Notes: a model not told the origin generated them from the letters alone. Counted from the first letter of the stretch, positions 20,404 to 31,396 are shown. The stretch is DNA of 64,000 bases from Coleofasciculus sp. B1-GNL1-01 (GCA_040220235.1 JAVJTO010000082.1); one strand, 5' to 3'. Translations and numbers: made by a program.

Positions 20404-21636
20404 ATGAACCGACGCAAATTTTTACAATACGCTAGCCTCTTGACTGCTGCTGGACTTACGCCGATTGGGTTACAGGGTTGGGCGGCTAGAGGAATGGCTT
20501 CCACGACTACCAACAAACGACTCATTGTCATATTCCTGCGCGGTGGTATCGATGGATTAAATGTTGTAGTTCCCTTCCAAGACCAAGACTACTATGAAGC
20601 CAGACCCAGAATTGCTATTCCCCAACCCAAAGAAAAAGGAGGAGTGCTAGATTTAGATGGTCATTTTGGCTTGCATCCTGCCTTGGCTGACCTGATGCCG
20701 TTATGGAAACAAGGCAGTTTAGCATTTGTCCATGCTTGCGGATCACCGGATACCACTCGCTCTCATTTTGATGCTCAAAATTATATGGAGAGTGGAACTC
20801 CTGGCGATAAAACCACATCCGATGGTTGGATGAATCGCTTGTTAGCAACTCTCCCTGAAGCTGGACCTACTCAAGCCGTCAATATCGGTTCGATGATCTC
20901 GCCTATTCTGATGGGTAACAGTTCTGTGGCTAGTCTACCACCAGGAAGTAATGCTACCCGTTCTCTATCAGTGGATCGTTCTCAACTCAATGCAGCCTTT
21001 GAACGCCTTTACCGGGGGAATGATCCGATTCATCTAGCTTATCAGGAAGGACAACAAGCGCGGGAAATTTTGCTGGCTACCCTAGCGGCTGAAATGCGAG
21101 AAGCTGACAACGGCGCACCCCCTCCAAATGGATTTGCTAAAGATACCCGGAATCTGGCGAGGCTAATGGTTGGAGATTCCCAGACTCAATTGGCATTCAT
21201 GGCGTTAGGGGGGTGGGATACTCATATTAATCAGGGAAGCAGTCAGGGTCAGTTTGCCAATAAACTGAAATCTTTGGCACAAGGATTAGTGACTCTAGTC
21301 CAGGAATTAGGTTCAGTCTATTCCGATACTGCGATCGCTATCTTATCGGAGTTCGGTCGCACGGTGAAGGAGAATGGCAATGGGGGGACGGATCACGGAC
21401 ATGGTAACGTGATGTGGATTTTAGGGGGTGGGATTCGTGGTGGTAAAGTCTATGGGGAATGGTCAGGTTTGAGTGAATCAGCGTTATTCCAAGGACGAGA
21501 TTTAGCCGTCACCACCGATTTTCGAGACGCGATCGCATCAATCTTAGAACAACATATACAACTTGAGGCAAATCAAGTTGCTCAGGTTTTTCCTGGCTTT
21601 ACTTCTAATCATCGTTTGCAGTCAGCCTGGAAATAA
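20404..21636 (+). CDS. DUF1501 domain protein with Tat signal
   Basis: MNRRKFL twin-arginine motif; FLRGGIDGLN, RSHFDAQ, GGWDTH, SEFGRTV.ENG..GTDHG. Confidence 0.92.
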   Translation: MNRRKFLQYASLLTAAGLTPIGLQGWAARGMASTTTNKRLIVIFLRGGIDGLNVVVPFQDQDYYEARPRIAIPQPKEKGGVLDLDGHFGLHPALADLMPLWKQGSLAFVHACGSPDTTRSHFDAQNYMESGTPGDKTTSDGWMNRLLATLPEAGPTQAVNIGSMISPILMGNSSVASLPPGSNATRSLSVDRSQLNAAFERLYRGNDPIHLAYQEGQQAREILLATLAAEMREADNGAPPPNGFAKDTRNLARLMVGDSQTQLAFMALGGWDTHINQGSSQGQFANKLKSLAQGLVTLVQELGSVYSDTAIAILSEFGRTVKENGNGGTDHGHGNVMWILGGGIRGGKVYGEWSGLSESALFQGRDLAVTTDFRDAIASILEQHIQLEANQVAQVFPGFTSNHRLQSAWK

Positions 21637-22012
21637 ATTTCCGGCTGATAGCTAAAGTCAGCGAAAGCTGACTAGAGGTTTTAACCTGTTTTAACAGGTT
21701 TTAGCTTGGGTTCCGGAACTTGAGTTCACGGCTATACTCCTAGACGGGTGGTGGTAAATGAGTAGTAGGTTGGGTTGAACAACGTGAAACCCAACCAGAG
21801 TTTGTTGGGTCTCATCCCTCGGTTTAAATCAATTTGACCGCTTTGAGACCAAAAAACAGGGCTAGGGCGACACCCGTAGCACCACCGAGGATTAAAAAGT
21901 AGGCAACAATTGCAGATCCAGACATTTACCGTTCTCTCAAAAACGTCTTACTTTAGACTATTAAATCATCAAGTGGGATAAAATACAGCCCACAGTTGCT
22001 GGAGAAAATCAG

Positions 22013-23098
22013 ATGAAATCAGTGATTCGGGTTGAAGTACCACCGCAGTCTTACGATATTGCGATCGCGCCAGGAAGCTTGGATGATATCGGCGTCTGGA
22101 TGAGTCGGCTGAAACTAGGGAAAAAGGTTCTCCTCGTCTCCAATCCCGCCATTTTTCGCCGCTACGGGGAACGGGCGATCGCGGCGCTGAAGTTAGTCGG
22201 CTATCAGGTGTCTCATTGTACCCTACCCGCAGGTGAACGGTACAAAACCCTTAAGTCCATTCAAAAAATCTACGACGCCGCCCTCCAGAACCGCCTAGAA
22301 CGGTCTTCCACGATGGTGGCATTAGGGGGAGGCGTGATTGGGGATATGACCGGATTTGCGGCAGCTACCTGGTTACGGGGAATTAATGCCGTCCAAGTTC
22401 CCACCTCCCTGTTAGCCATGGTGGATGCAGCTATTGGCGGTAAGACAGGAGTCAACCATCCCCAAGGGAAAAACTTAATTGGCGCCTTTCACCAACCCCG
22501 CTTTGTGTTAATTGATCCGCAAGTCTTACAAACCTTACCCCCACGAGAATTACGGGCGGGAATGGCAGAAGTGATTAAATATGGCGTAATCTGGGATGCT
22601 GAATTATTTACCAAGTTGGAGAGTACAAAGCGTCTCGACCAACGGCGGTATTTAGATGAGGAATTATTGTCCTTTATTTTATCCTGTTCTTGCCAAGCCA
22701 AAGCCGATGTTGTTAGTCAGGATGAGAAAGAAGCTGGATTAAGGGCTATTTTAAATTATGGTCACACGATTGGTCATGCGGTCGAAAGTTTAACCGGATA
22801 TAAAGTGGTTAATCATGGGGAAGCGGTGGCGATTGGCATGGTGGCGGCGGGTCAAATTGCTGTAGATCTTCAGATGTGGACACCGCAGGAAGCCGCACGT
22901 CAAAAGGCGTTAATTGAGAAAGCCGGATTACCGACTCAGTTACCACCGGGATTGGATATTGATGCAATTATTGATACCTTGCAAACCGATAAGAAAGTGA
23001 AAGACGGCAAAGTGCGATTTATTTTGCCCACTGAAATCGGTCATGTCACCATAACCGATCAAGTTCCAGCCGATGTAATTCGCCAGGTATTGAATTAG
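22013..23098 (+). CDS. aroB: 3-dehydroquinate synthase
   Basis: [56 protein letters not shown]. Confidence 0.98.
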   Translation: MKSVIRVEVPPQSYDIAIAPGSLDDIGVWMSRLKLGKKVLLVSNPAIFRRYGERAIAALKLVGYQVSHCTLPAGERYKTLKSIQKIYDAALQNRLERSSTMVALGGGVIGDMTGFAAATWLRGINAVQVPTSLLAMVDAAIGGKTGVNHPQGKNLIGAFHQPRFVLIDPQVLQTLPPRELRAGMAEVIKYGVIWDAELFTKLESTKRLDQRRYLDEELLSFILSCSCQAKADVVSQDEKEAGLRAILNYGHTIGHAVESLTGYKVVNHGEAVAIGMVAAGQIAVDLQMWTPQEAARQKALIEKAGLPTQLPPGLDIDAIIDTLQTDKKVKDGKVRFILPTEIGHVTITDQVPADVIRQVLN

Positions 23099-23186
23099 GG
23101 ACTGCTGAATCAGGCTTGTGGTGGGGAAGCTAGGGAAGCAGAGGGAGTAAACGAATGACGAATGACAAATGACGAATGACCAATCA

Positions 23187-23753
23187 CTAACGACCATAAA
23201 ACGCTGGTTCCCTTGCCATAGAAAGCGCCATGTAGAGAATATTCTGTCGTTCAATGGCAGGAAAGCTAATCGTATAAATCATATCATTTTGCTGCCACAT
23301 CACCGTTGAGAAGGGGTAGGAAGGATTTTGCAGGGGTCCTTCAATCAGATATCCTGCCACATTAGGCGTTAAGGTAATGCGATCGCCTAGGGTTTCATGG
23401 CGTTGGAGATCACGCCGAGCACTCGCTGACTCCTTGGGGTGTACCGAAAAGCTACCCAGTAAGCAGGAATTCGGACTGCGATCGCAGGTAAACAGACTTA
23501 CCATATAACTTGGGGGGGCTTCGGAGGGAAAAACCCGGACAATCAGTTGGTTTGGATCAATATCCAAAAGATCATTCACTCGTAACTCAGGGGGTAAGCG
23601 CATGGCTAACCCCACAGGCAAATTTTTTTGGATACGTTCCATAAACGGAATAAACACAGGTGCAGGTTGGGCTTCAACCGCTACCGCTAAACTAAAGACA
23701 CTGAGGAACAGTGACACTCCCCAGAAACACCGTTGCCAAATTCGGTAGACCAC
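23187..23753 (-). CDS. hypothetical exported protein
   Basis: 188-aa ORF with a signal-peptide-like N-terminus ending in AVEA. Confidence 0.7.
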   Translation of the reverse strand: MVYRIWQRCFWGVSLFLSVFSLAVAVEAQPAPVFIPFMERIQKNLPVGLAMRLPPELRVNDLLDIDPNQLIVRVFPSEAPPSYMVSLFTCDRSPNSCLLGSFSVHPKESASARRDLQRHETLGDRITLTPNVAGYLIEGPLQNPSYPFSTVMWQQNDMIYTISFPAIERQNILYMALSMAREPAFYGR

Positions 23754-24473
23754 TTCGACTCAATTTAAACTAGATGCTTAATTATTTTTAGTCTACAGCT
23801 TTCTACCCTTTTAACCGTTTACCGATAAGTAATAACGATAACGATGCTACCAGACTTGATATTACCCGTTATTCCTCCACCCTAGCTGTTTTTATGAAGA
23901 AAATGTAAAGCTATCCTAAAATTGGTTAAGATCGTAACACAATGCCCCTGATCAGAAGCAGTAAACGCCTCATAAGCGTGAACTTGCACGTTGCCAAAAT
24001 AGGAGAAACATGGTTAACCTCTCTTCCCCGCCCCTTTCCTGGAGCGCAACCTCTTCCTTGTTGCTATGTGATAAAACGTATTACCTTGGTGCTAACGTGC
24101 CAATTGAATAGGGGAAACTTTGTGAATTTTATTTCCCAGCAATACCTGCATAGCCAGGAAAGCGGAAGTCTGAATCGAGGTATAGATGTTAATTTGGGTA
24201 GCGACAACCTTGACCAACGAGTAGGTTTAGGGACAAGCGTACTGACCTTGAGCAGACAAGGATTTCGTTGGGCTAACCCGAATAGTACACTAAAGCCCTT
24301 CTTTAAACAAGAGTTTCCTAATGTGTTTAAACTATGTACACATTGTCCTATCTTGAAGCCAGGATAGGGTTTGCTCAACCAGACAACATCGATCACACTG
24401 GAGTCATCACATCCATGGCAAGGACGTAACACTCGTGCATCTGGCTTTGACGAGGGTAAGGAGTAGTAAGTTA

Positions 24474-27400
24474 ATGAACACGCTAGTATTGAGTAACACA
24501 ACAGTCAACCTTGAGCAACTCTATCCAGATCGCCATATTGATTCGGCAGCTAAGGCAACATTTGACGATTTAACTCGTTTAGCGGCTAGCGTTGTCCAAA
24601 CTCCGATCGCCCTGATTAGTCTCTGTGATGCTAAAGGTCAGTGGTTGCCTTCACAGGTGGGTTTAGACACCGATTCCACACCGCAATACTTAGAATTTTG
24701 TCGCCAAATCCGCCAGGATATAATAACAGAAAATAAGCCATTATTAGTAGTCGAAGATACTCTAGCCCTATCTGAGTCTCAGATAACGTCACTCCCAATC
24801 CGATTTTATGCCGCCGTTCCCTTAGTTACCCCTCAACAGGAAACGGTCGGTATTTTATTAGTCATTGACCGAGTGCCGAGACAGTTAACCGGACAACAAA
24901 AAGACGCCCTAACTGCATTAAGCCGACAGGCGATCGCGCAGTTAGAATGGCAAAAGAAAGTGATCGATTTGGAAAGCCAGGTGCATCAGTGCCAACGCCT
25001 GGAGAAAGCCTTGCAAACGTCTCCTCAAAACCTGGTTGATATGAAGGTGGCGCTGGATCAGGCGTCAATTGTAGCGATTACCGATTGTCACGGTAAAATT
25101 CGTTACGTTAACGATAAATTTTGCCAGATCTCGCACTATTCAAGAGAGGAACTTTACGGCGCTGACCATCATTTACTTAATTCTGGCTATCATCCCCCGC
25201 AGTTTTTTCAGGACTTGTGGAACACGATTTCTCAGGGAAAAATCTGGCGAGGTGATATCCAAGATCGTGCCAAAGGCGGTAATCTCTATTGGGTAGATAC
25301 GACGATTGTGCCGTTGGTTGATGACCAAGGTAATCCGTATGAATATATCTCAATTTGTAAGGATATAACCGAACAAAAACAAGCCAAAATTGAACTGGAT
25401 CGCTTTTTTCGCCTCTCACCTGATTTAATGGCGGTTATTGGTTTCGATGGTAAGTTTAAACGCATTAATCCCGCCTTTCAAAAAACCCTTGCCTATAACC
25501 CGGAAGAATTCCTCTCCGAAGCCTTCCTCGATTTCGTCCATCCCTATGATCACAAGGCAACATTAACAGCTTGGCAAACTCTTTTAGAAAGTTCATCAGA
25601 TATTTACTTTGAACATCGTTATCGATGTCGAGATGGATCATATAAATGGCTGGCTTGGAACTGTTTACCTTTAGCCGAAGCGGGTGTTGTCCATGCGATC
25701 GCCCGTGATATTACCAACACCAAGCAACGCAAAGCCAGTCTGCTAGAACGATCGCGTTTGTCTACCTTAGAAGCCGATATTGGCGCTGTTCTCGTCGGAC
25801 AAAATGGCAGTCTAGGTGAAAGTCTTAAACGCTGTACCGAAGCTATGATCCGCCACCTAAACGCCTTGGGTGCTGGAATTTGGACAGTGGCGGGTATCAC
25901 CGATGAGACGCAAATGCCCTTAGTCTTAGAAATGCAGGCGAATAGTGGTGAACAGTTACCCACACACCTCTTCCCTCAACGCATCCTCACCAATCAAGGC
26001 TTAATCGCCAAAGTCGCCCAAACCCTGAAGCCAATTCATCGTCCTATCTTAACGGCGGGACATGACTTGTCCAACAAAACGTTTATCGGAATTTATCCTC
26101 TAATTGTCGAATCTCGTCTGGTTGGGTTTATTGCCTTACACAATCGCCAACCCTTCTCTAAAATTGTGCAAGGGGTATTGGGATGGGTTGCTAATGCGAT
26201 CGCGGTAGCCATTGACCGGATTTGGGTACGCGAAGAACTCCTCAGTCGCCGGGAAGCCTTACTGTTTCAGTTAGCTAGCCAAATTCGCAATTCCCTAGAA
26301 CTCGATACGATTCTAGACACAGCCGTCACGGAAATTCGGGGATTGCTGGAGGTTGACGGCTGTCACTTTTTGTGGTTAAAGTCCAACGCCGATCAACCCA
26401 GTTTAAGCGTTACCCATGAAGCACGAGATCCGAATTTACCCAGTTTATTAGGAGACTGTCTTCCCCCACAACTTACCCCCTTAGCAGACATTATTAACCG
26501 ATTACATCCCCTGCGAATTGATGATGTCAGCCAAACCCAAAATTTAGCCCCCGAAACCAGAACCCTACTCGCTGATTGGGGAATTACCTCCGGATTAGTG
26601 TTACCGCTACAAACGAAAACCGGACAACTGGGGGCGATTATCTGTAGTTATTATCAGGGTTCGCGCCAATGGAGCGATCGCGAAGTCAAATTGCTGCAAG
26701 CTGTCGTGGATCAACTGGCGATCGCGATCGAACATGCAGAATTATTTGCCGAAACCCGGGCGGCGGCGCAAGCGGCTCAAACCCAGGCAAATCAATTAGA
26801 AAAAGCCTTACACGAATTGCGGCAAACCCAATCCCTGTTAATTCAGACCGAGAAAATGTCTACGATCGGTCAAATGGTAGCCGGAATCGCCCATGAAATC
26901 AATAATCCGGTTAATTTTATCACCGGGAATCTCAGCCATACAACGAACTATATTGGCGACTTATTACAACTGATCGAATGTTATCAACAATCTTATCCCA
27001 ATCCCCAGGCTGATATTCAAGAGTTTATCGAAGACATTGAATTATCCTTCCTGATCGAAGACTTGCCCAAAATGCTCTCCTCCATGAAGATGGGGGCGGA
27101 TCGGATTCAAGAGATCGTGATTTCCTTGCGGAATTTCTCGCGACTGGATCAAGCCGAAATGAAGCCAGTTAATATTCATGAAGGCATTGATAGTACCTTA
27201 CTCATTCTCCGCAACCGGATGAAACCCTGTGGCAATTCGCCAGGGATTACACTGATCAAAGAGTACGGCGACTTGCCTGTAGTTGCCTGTTATGCGGGTC
27301 AACTGAATCAAGTCTTTATGAATATTATTAGCAATGCCATTGACGCCTTTGATGCTCTAATTAAAGCCGAGGAAAATGCTACAGAAAAGAGCCAAACAAC

Positions 27401-27671
27401 CCTTAACCCAACGATTTGGATTAGCACCGAGGTTGTAGACAAGAATCAAGCCGTGATTCGGATTCGCGATAATGGACCCGGAATGAGCGAAACCGTGCGC
27501 GATCGCTTATTTGATCCCTTCTTTACCACAAAACCGGTGGGTAAGGGAACAGGGTTAGGGTTGTCAATTAGTCACCAGATTGTGGTGGAAAAACATGGCG
27601 GTATTCTTAAATGTTATTCTGAACCGGGACAAGGAACAGAGTTCTGGATTCAGATCCCGATCACTGATTGA
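24474..27671 (+). CDS. multi-sensor histidine kinase (GAF-PAS-PAS-GAF-GAF-HisKA-HATPase)
   Basis: GIAHEINNP H-box, LNQVFMNIISNA, DNGPG, FDPFFTTK, GTGLGL; PAS motifs VNDKF and FVHP. AAGGAG precedes the ATG at 24474. Confidence 0.95.
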   Translation: MNTLVLSNTTVNLEQLYPDRHIDSAAKATFDDLTRLAASVVQTPIALISLCDAKGQWLPSQVGLDTDSTPQYLEFCRQIRQDIITENKPLLVVEDTLALSESQITSLPIRFYAAVPLVTPQQETVGILLVIDRVPRQLTGQQKDALTALSRQAIAQLEWQKKVIDLESQVHQCQRLEKALQTSPQNLVDMKVALDQASIVAITDCHGKIRYVNDKFCQISHYSREELYGADHHLLNSGYHPPQFFQDLWNTISQGKIWRGDIQDRAKGGNLYWVDTTIVPLVDDQGNPYEYISICKDITEQKQAKIELDRFFRLSPDLMAVIGFDGKFKRINPAFQKTLAYNPEEFLSEAFLDFVHPYDHKATLTAWQTLLESSSDIYFEHRYRCRDGSYKWLAWNCLPLAEAGVVHAIARDITNTKQRKASLLERSRLSTLEADIGAVLVGQNGSLGESLKRCTEAMIRHLNALGAGIWTVAGITDETQMPLVLEMQANSGEQLPTHLFPQRILTNQGLIAKVAQTLKPIHRPILTAGHDLSNKTFIGIYPLIVESRLVGFIALHNRQPFSKIVQGVLGWVANAIAVAIDRIWVREELLSRREALLFQLASQIRNSLELDTILDTAVTEIRGLLEVDGCHFLWLKSNADQPSLSVTHEARDPNLPSLLGDCLPPQLTPLADIINRLHPLRIDDVSQTQNLAPETRTLLADWGITSGLVLPLQTKTGQLGAIICSYYQGSRQWSDREVKLLQAVVDQLAIAIEHAELFAETRAAAQAAQTQANQLEKALHELRQTQSLLIQTEKMSTIGQMVAGIAHEINNPVNFITGNLSHTTNYIGDLLQLIECYQQSYPNPQADIQEFIEDIELSFLIEDLPKMLSSMKMGADRIQEIVISLRNFSRLDQAEMKPVNIHEGIDSTLLILRNRMKPCGNSPGITLIKEYGDLPVVACYAGQLNQVFMNIISNAIDAFDALIKAEENATEKSQTTLNPTIWISTEVVDKNQAVIRIRDNGPGMSETVRDRLFDPFFTTKPVGKGTGLGLSISHQIVVEKHGGILKCYSEPGQGTEFWIQIPITD

Positions 27672-27801
27672 TGCCACTTGAACCCTATCCTGTCCAAAGT
27701 AAAGACGCGCCATGGCGCGTCTCTACAAAATGATGCATCCTAACCGCTATGGCGGTTGCTATAATACCCAATTATCTAATCGTAAACATAAGCATCAATC
27801 C

Positions 27802-29964
27802 TCAACTCTTCTCCCGAATCCACCACGATCGCACAAGTCGAATTTCACCATAACTATAATCCTCACCCAAGTGATCCCGCAGGCTTCTCAGGGAGTTTGT
27901 CCCAACATTCTGAATCGCTTGTAAGATGGGCTTTTGCCGTTCTGCTGCTACTAATCGGTTTAAATCTATAGGCTGATTCTTCTCAATTAGCTCACTTAAG
28001 TGAGTAAGAATAGTGCTAGGAACATAACCCCGTTTTTCCGCAATTTCCTCTACACTTAATCCTTGCTGATACAGTTGTAAGGTTACCATTTGGCTATTTG
28101 AAGGCAGAGGAACGGGTAACTTTTGCCCCTGACAAAACTCTCGAACTTCCGACACAAATCGCTCGCCGTACTGCGTCAACTTGTGAGTTGTTACCCCCGA
28201 TATTTGGGCAAACTCCTCCAGGGTTTTAGGTTTTATTTGTGCCATTAACTTGAGGCTAGAATCCGCGAAAATCACATAAGGAGGAACCGATTGAGTATCC
28301 GCGATTTGTTTACGTAGCTTTCGCAATCTCTCAAACAGCAATTCAATTTCCGCCGTTCTCGGATTAACATCAGATAGCGCCTTTGCTACAGGGGTTTGAG
28401 TAATCGCAATATGCACAGAACGTTGTTTGCGAAGCACTTCCCAACTGCGTTTATTCAGCTTCAGTACCCGATAGCCATCCGTCGTTTCATCCATTAACCC
28501 TTGATGTAAGAGCGATCGCGCCAGCATTTTCCAAGCGTCAACGCTTTTATCCCTGCCGATTCCATAAGTTGAGAGGAGGTGATGTCCATTCTGTTCCACC
28601 TTCTTTTTCCGGGAACCCCGCAGTACGTCAATAATATGAGTCATGCCAAATCGTTCCCGACAACGCGCCACACAGGACAAAAACTTTTGCGCTTCAATTG
28701 TCCAATCTTCAACGGGTTTAGGATGACAACAATTATCACAGTTATCGCAATTTCCCTTAAACCGTTCACCGAAATATCTCAATAAAATTGTGCGGCGACA
28801 ATCGGTTCCTTCAGCGTAGTCGCGAATTTGCTGTAACTGTTGACGGGCAACGCGCTGTTCTCTCGGATCAGGTTTTTGATCAATCAGATAATCCAGTCTA
28901 GGCACATCACCGGGACTATAAAAGAGAGTACAATAGGCTGGTTCTCCATCCCGTCCTGCCCGTCCTGATTCTTGATAATACCCTTCTAGATTTCGGGGTA
29001 AGTCGTAGTGAATCACAAAGCGAACATCGGGCTTATTAATCCCCATACCAAAGGCAATAGTTGCCACAATCACTTGCACATCATCGCGAATAAAACGATT
29101 TTGATTCCTGGATCGGTCAATATCACTCATCCCCGCATGATAAGGCAAGGCTGAAATGCCATCTTTTTGCAGTCGAAATGCCACTTCTTCAACACTGCGA
29201 CGACTGAGACAATAGATAATTCCCGATCCTTTATGGGATTGAACTTTTTTGAAGAGTTGGTTATAGCTTTGGCGCTGTTTGGGTTGAATTTCGTAGTAAA
29301 GGTTGGGGCGATTAAAACTGGCAATATGGATACTCGGTTGACGGAGTGTGAGTTGTTGGACAATATCCTGCTGTACCCGCTTGGTAGCTGTAGCGGTAAG
29401 CGCCAACATGGGAATATCAGGATACCGTTGACGTAACTGTTTAATCTGCCGATATTCCGGGCGAAAATCATGTCCCCACGCCGAGACACAATGCGCCTCA
29501 TCAACCGCAAACGCCGAAATTCCCACCTGCGATCGCACTTGTTCTAAAAAGGGCGCAAATCGCTCTGCCAGTAAGCGTTCTGGGGCAACATAGAGCAATT
29601 TAATCTTACCCTTAAGGATTGCCATTTCCCGCGATCGCACCGCATCCCAACTCAAGGTACTATTGAGAAATGTCGCCCCAATGCCGTTATCCACTAAGGC
29701 ATCCACCTGATCTTGCATCAGCGCAATTAGCGGCGATACCACCACCGTTAACCCTGGTTTAAGTAAAGCCGGAAGTTGGAAACACAGCGACTTACCGCCC
29801 CCCGTGGGCATAATAATCAGCAAATCACGGTTCTGAAGCGCTTCTTCAACGATTTGCTGCTGTCCTGGGCGGAAGGTAGTATATCCAAAAAACTGTTTGA
29901 GGGCGTCCCCCAAGGATTGCAACTGATACATGATGGATGCTGTGGGCGCTTTTGACTCAATCAT
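27802..29964 (-). CDS. recQ: ATP-dependent DNA helicase RecQ
   Basis: MPTGGGKS, DEAHC, ALTATA, QESGRAGRDG, Zn-binding RQC cysteines, HRDC and a C-terminal HTH. AAGGAG precedes the ATG at 29964. Confidence 0.97.
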   Translation of the reverse strand: MIESKAPTASIMYQLQSLGDALKQFFGYTTFRPGQQQIVEEALQNRDLLIIMPTGGGKSLCFQLPALLKPGLTVVVSPLIALMQDQVDALVDNGIGATFLNSTLSWDAVRSREMAILKGKIKLLYVAPERLLAERFAPFLEQVRSQVGISAFAVDEAHCVSAWGHDFRPEYRQIKQLRQRYPDIPMLALTATATKRVQQDIVQQLTLRQPSIHIASFNRPNLYYEIQPKQRQSYNQLFKKVQSHKGSGIIYCLSRRSVEEVAFRLQKDGISALPYHAGMSDIDRSRNQNRFIRDDVQVIVATIAFGMGINKPDVRFVIHYDLPRNLEGYYQESGRAGRDGEPAYCTLFYSPGDVPRLDYLIDQKPDPREQRVARQQLQQIRDYAEGTDCRRTILLRYFGERFKGNCDNCDNCCHPKPVEDWTIEAQKFLSCVARCRERFGMTHIIDVLRGSRKKKVEQNGHHLLSTYGIGRDKSVDAWKMLARSLLHQGLMDETTDGYRVLKLNKRSWEVLRKQRSVHIAITQTPVAKALSDVNPRTAEIELLFERLRKLRKQIADTQSVPPYVIFADSSLKLMAQIKPKTLEEFAQISGVTTHKLTQYGERFVSEVREFCQGQKLPVPLPSNSQMVTLQLYQQGLSVEEIAEKRGYVPSTILTHLSELIEKNQPIDLNRLVAAERQKPILQAIQNVGTNSLRSLRDHLGEDYSYGEIRLVRSWWIREKS

Positions 29965-30176
29965 TTTGATCTCTCCTTGGTATTTTATACCACCCACCGC
30001 ATATCCTCGCCCCCTCTCCATTCACCTCACTCAAATCTGCCTGTCCCAATTAGGCAGTAAAAGCATTAGCAATTGTAACCGAATATATTAAGGTAGTCAG
30101 GGCGCGATCGCTTCTATGCGTAGTAAGCACTTTAGTGTTAGGAAATCAAGCGATTTTAAGGCACTTGCCTATTTGT

Positions 30177-30202
30177 CACTGATAGTCTGTAGACTGATAG
30201 TC
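30177..30202 (+). promoter_or_regulatory. tandem C-box operator for an R-M controller protein
   Basis: CACT-GAT-AGTC-TGTA-GACT-GAT-AGTC matches the C.PvuII-type GACT-N3-AGTC-TGTA-GACT-N3-AGTC pattern; it lies 23 nt before the C gene start. Confidence 0.9.
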
Positions 30203-30225
30203 TACATGGCTGTCAAGATTCAAGG

Positions 30226-30468
30226 GTGGACAACACAGACATCAAGCAGCGCTTTGGGCTGGCAGTCAAACAGCGTCGGCGAGAGCTAGGCATATCACAA
30301 GAAGAGCTTTCTTTTCGAGCTGGACTTCATCGCACTTACATCTCGGATATTGAGAGAGGCTCCCGCAATCCCTCATTGGAAAACATTGATAAATTGGCAA
30401 AAGCATTAGAAATTTCTATTTCTGCCCTCTTTGCTCACTATGGTATTGAGCAAGGAGACAATGGTTGA
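30226..30468 (+). CDS. XRE-family HTH R-M controller (C) protein
   Basis: SQEELSFRAGLHRTYISDIERGSRNPSLENI. Upstream C-box; overlaps the start of the REase remnant. Confidence 0.92.
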   Translation: MDNTDIKQRFGLAVKQRRRELGISQEELSFRAGLHRTYISDIERGSRNPSLENIDKLAKALEISISALFAHYGIEQGDNG

Positions 30469-30655
30469 TTATTCAAAATGGTTTACCCCCAATCAAAAAG
30501 GTAAAATACAGATTAATAACATTGCAATTTACCGAAGTTTATCTTTAGAAGTCGTCAATAAACTAGATAGTAACTTATCTGTTAGTGAGATTATAGCTTG
30601 GATTAGACAACGAACAATACAAGCATTTCAATCCAAATATTCTAGGCGACCAACC
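30461..30655 (+). pseudogene. 5' fragment of a restriction endonuclease (probably Cfr10I/Bse634I family)
   Basis: AGGAG RBS and coupling to the C gene. The ORF runs into antisense MTase sequence after about 64 codons. The family is inferred from the partner MTase. Confidence 0.6.
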
Positions 30656-31339
30656 GATAAGCGACGTGCTTTATAAGGATGTAAGTGGACTTCATTATTT
30701 CCGTAACAAGCAGTAGGGGAGTAACGCCATCGGTGAAGGCGTTTGTATGACTTTCTGGAATCATCTCCCTCCGCCACAGAAAGAAATCGCTTGAGACCAG
30801 CTCTTGGTTTAAAATGATGTATTTATCAGACGTTCTGTTAATAGATAACCTGGTTGATTGAGCTTGACTTTAAGCTGTTCAAAAAAAAGGCGGTGTTTTT
30901 TCGTTTTCCACAATCCTTTGACATTCTCAAATAAAAAGAAATCCGGTTGATGTTGGCAAATTAATTCAACATAAGCAGCAGAAAGCTTACCATTATCGCC
31001 ATCCTTACCTCGATTTTTTCCTCCAACTGAGAAATCCGGACAGGGAGGTCCGCCAAGAAAACCGACAATATCTGTAGATTTCCGAGCATCCTGGATTAAA
31101 TACCAGAGACGTAGGGCTTGTTCCCCTTCTGTAAGTTGCTCAACGTCTCCATCTTCGGCATAATGGTATCCATATTCGGGTAATGTCAGATTCAGAACTT
31201 GTCTAGAGTAACGGTAAGCCTCCATATAGGAGGGATTAATTTCATTGACATACACGATATCAAAACCACTGGCTTCAAAGCCTAAATCAAGAAATCCGGT
31301 TCCAGCAAAGAAAGAGAATAGTTTAGGGCGAATGCTCAT
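30651..31339 (-). pseudogene. 5mC DNA methyltransferase pseudogene (Cfr10I/RCCGGY-like), doubly deleted
   Basis: Motifs I (FAGTG), IV (GPPCPDFS) and VI (ENV) lie in 30820-31339. An out-of-frame continuation at 30651-30819 reads HHFKPRAGLKRFLSVAEGDDSRKSYKRLHRWRYSPTACYGNNEVHLHPYKARRLSV. Motifs VIII and X are missing. Confidence 0.88.
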
Positions 31340-31396
31340 TGATAAAATAAAAATTATTCTACTATTTTAGATGATAGGGTTAGTTTACTATATCAA

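Noticed and set aside
23942..24501. Two overlapping opposite-strand ORFs (141 and 145 aa)
   Set aside because: No recognisable motifs and atypical composition; probably promoter/leader DNA.
30660..30810. Suspected IS remnant between the REase and MTase fragments
   Set aside because: It translates on the minus strand as the MTase's own C-terminal segment.
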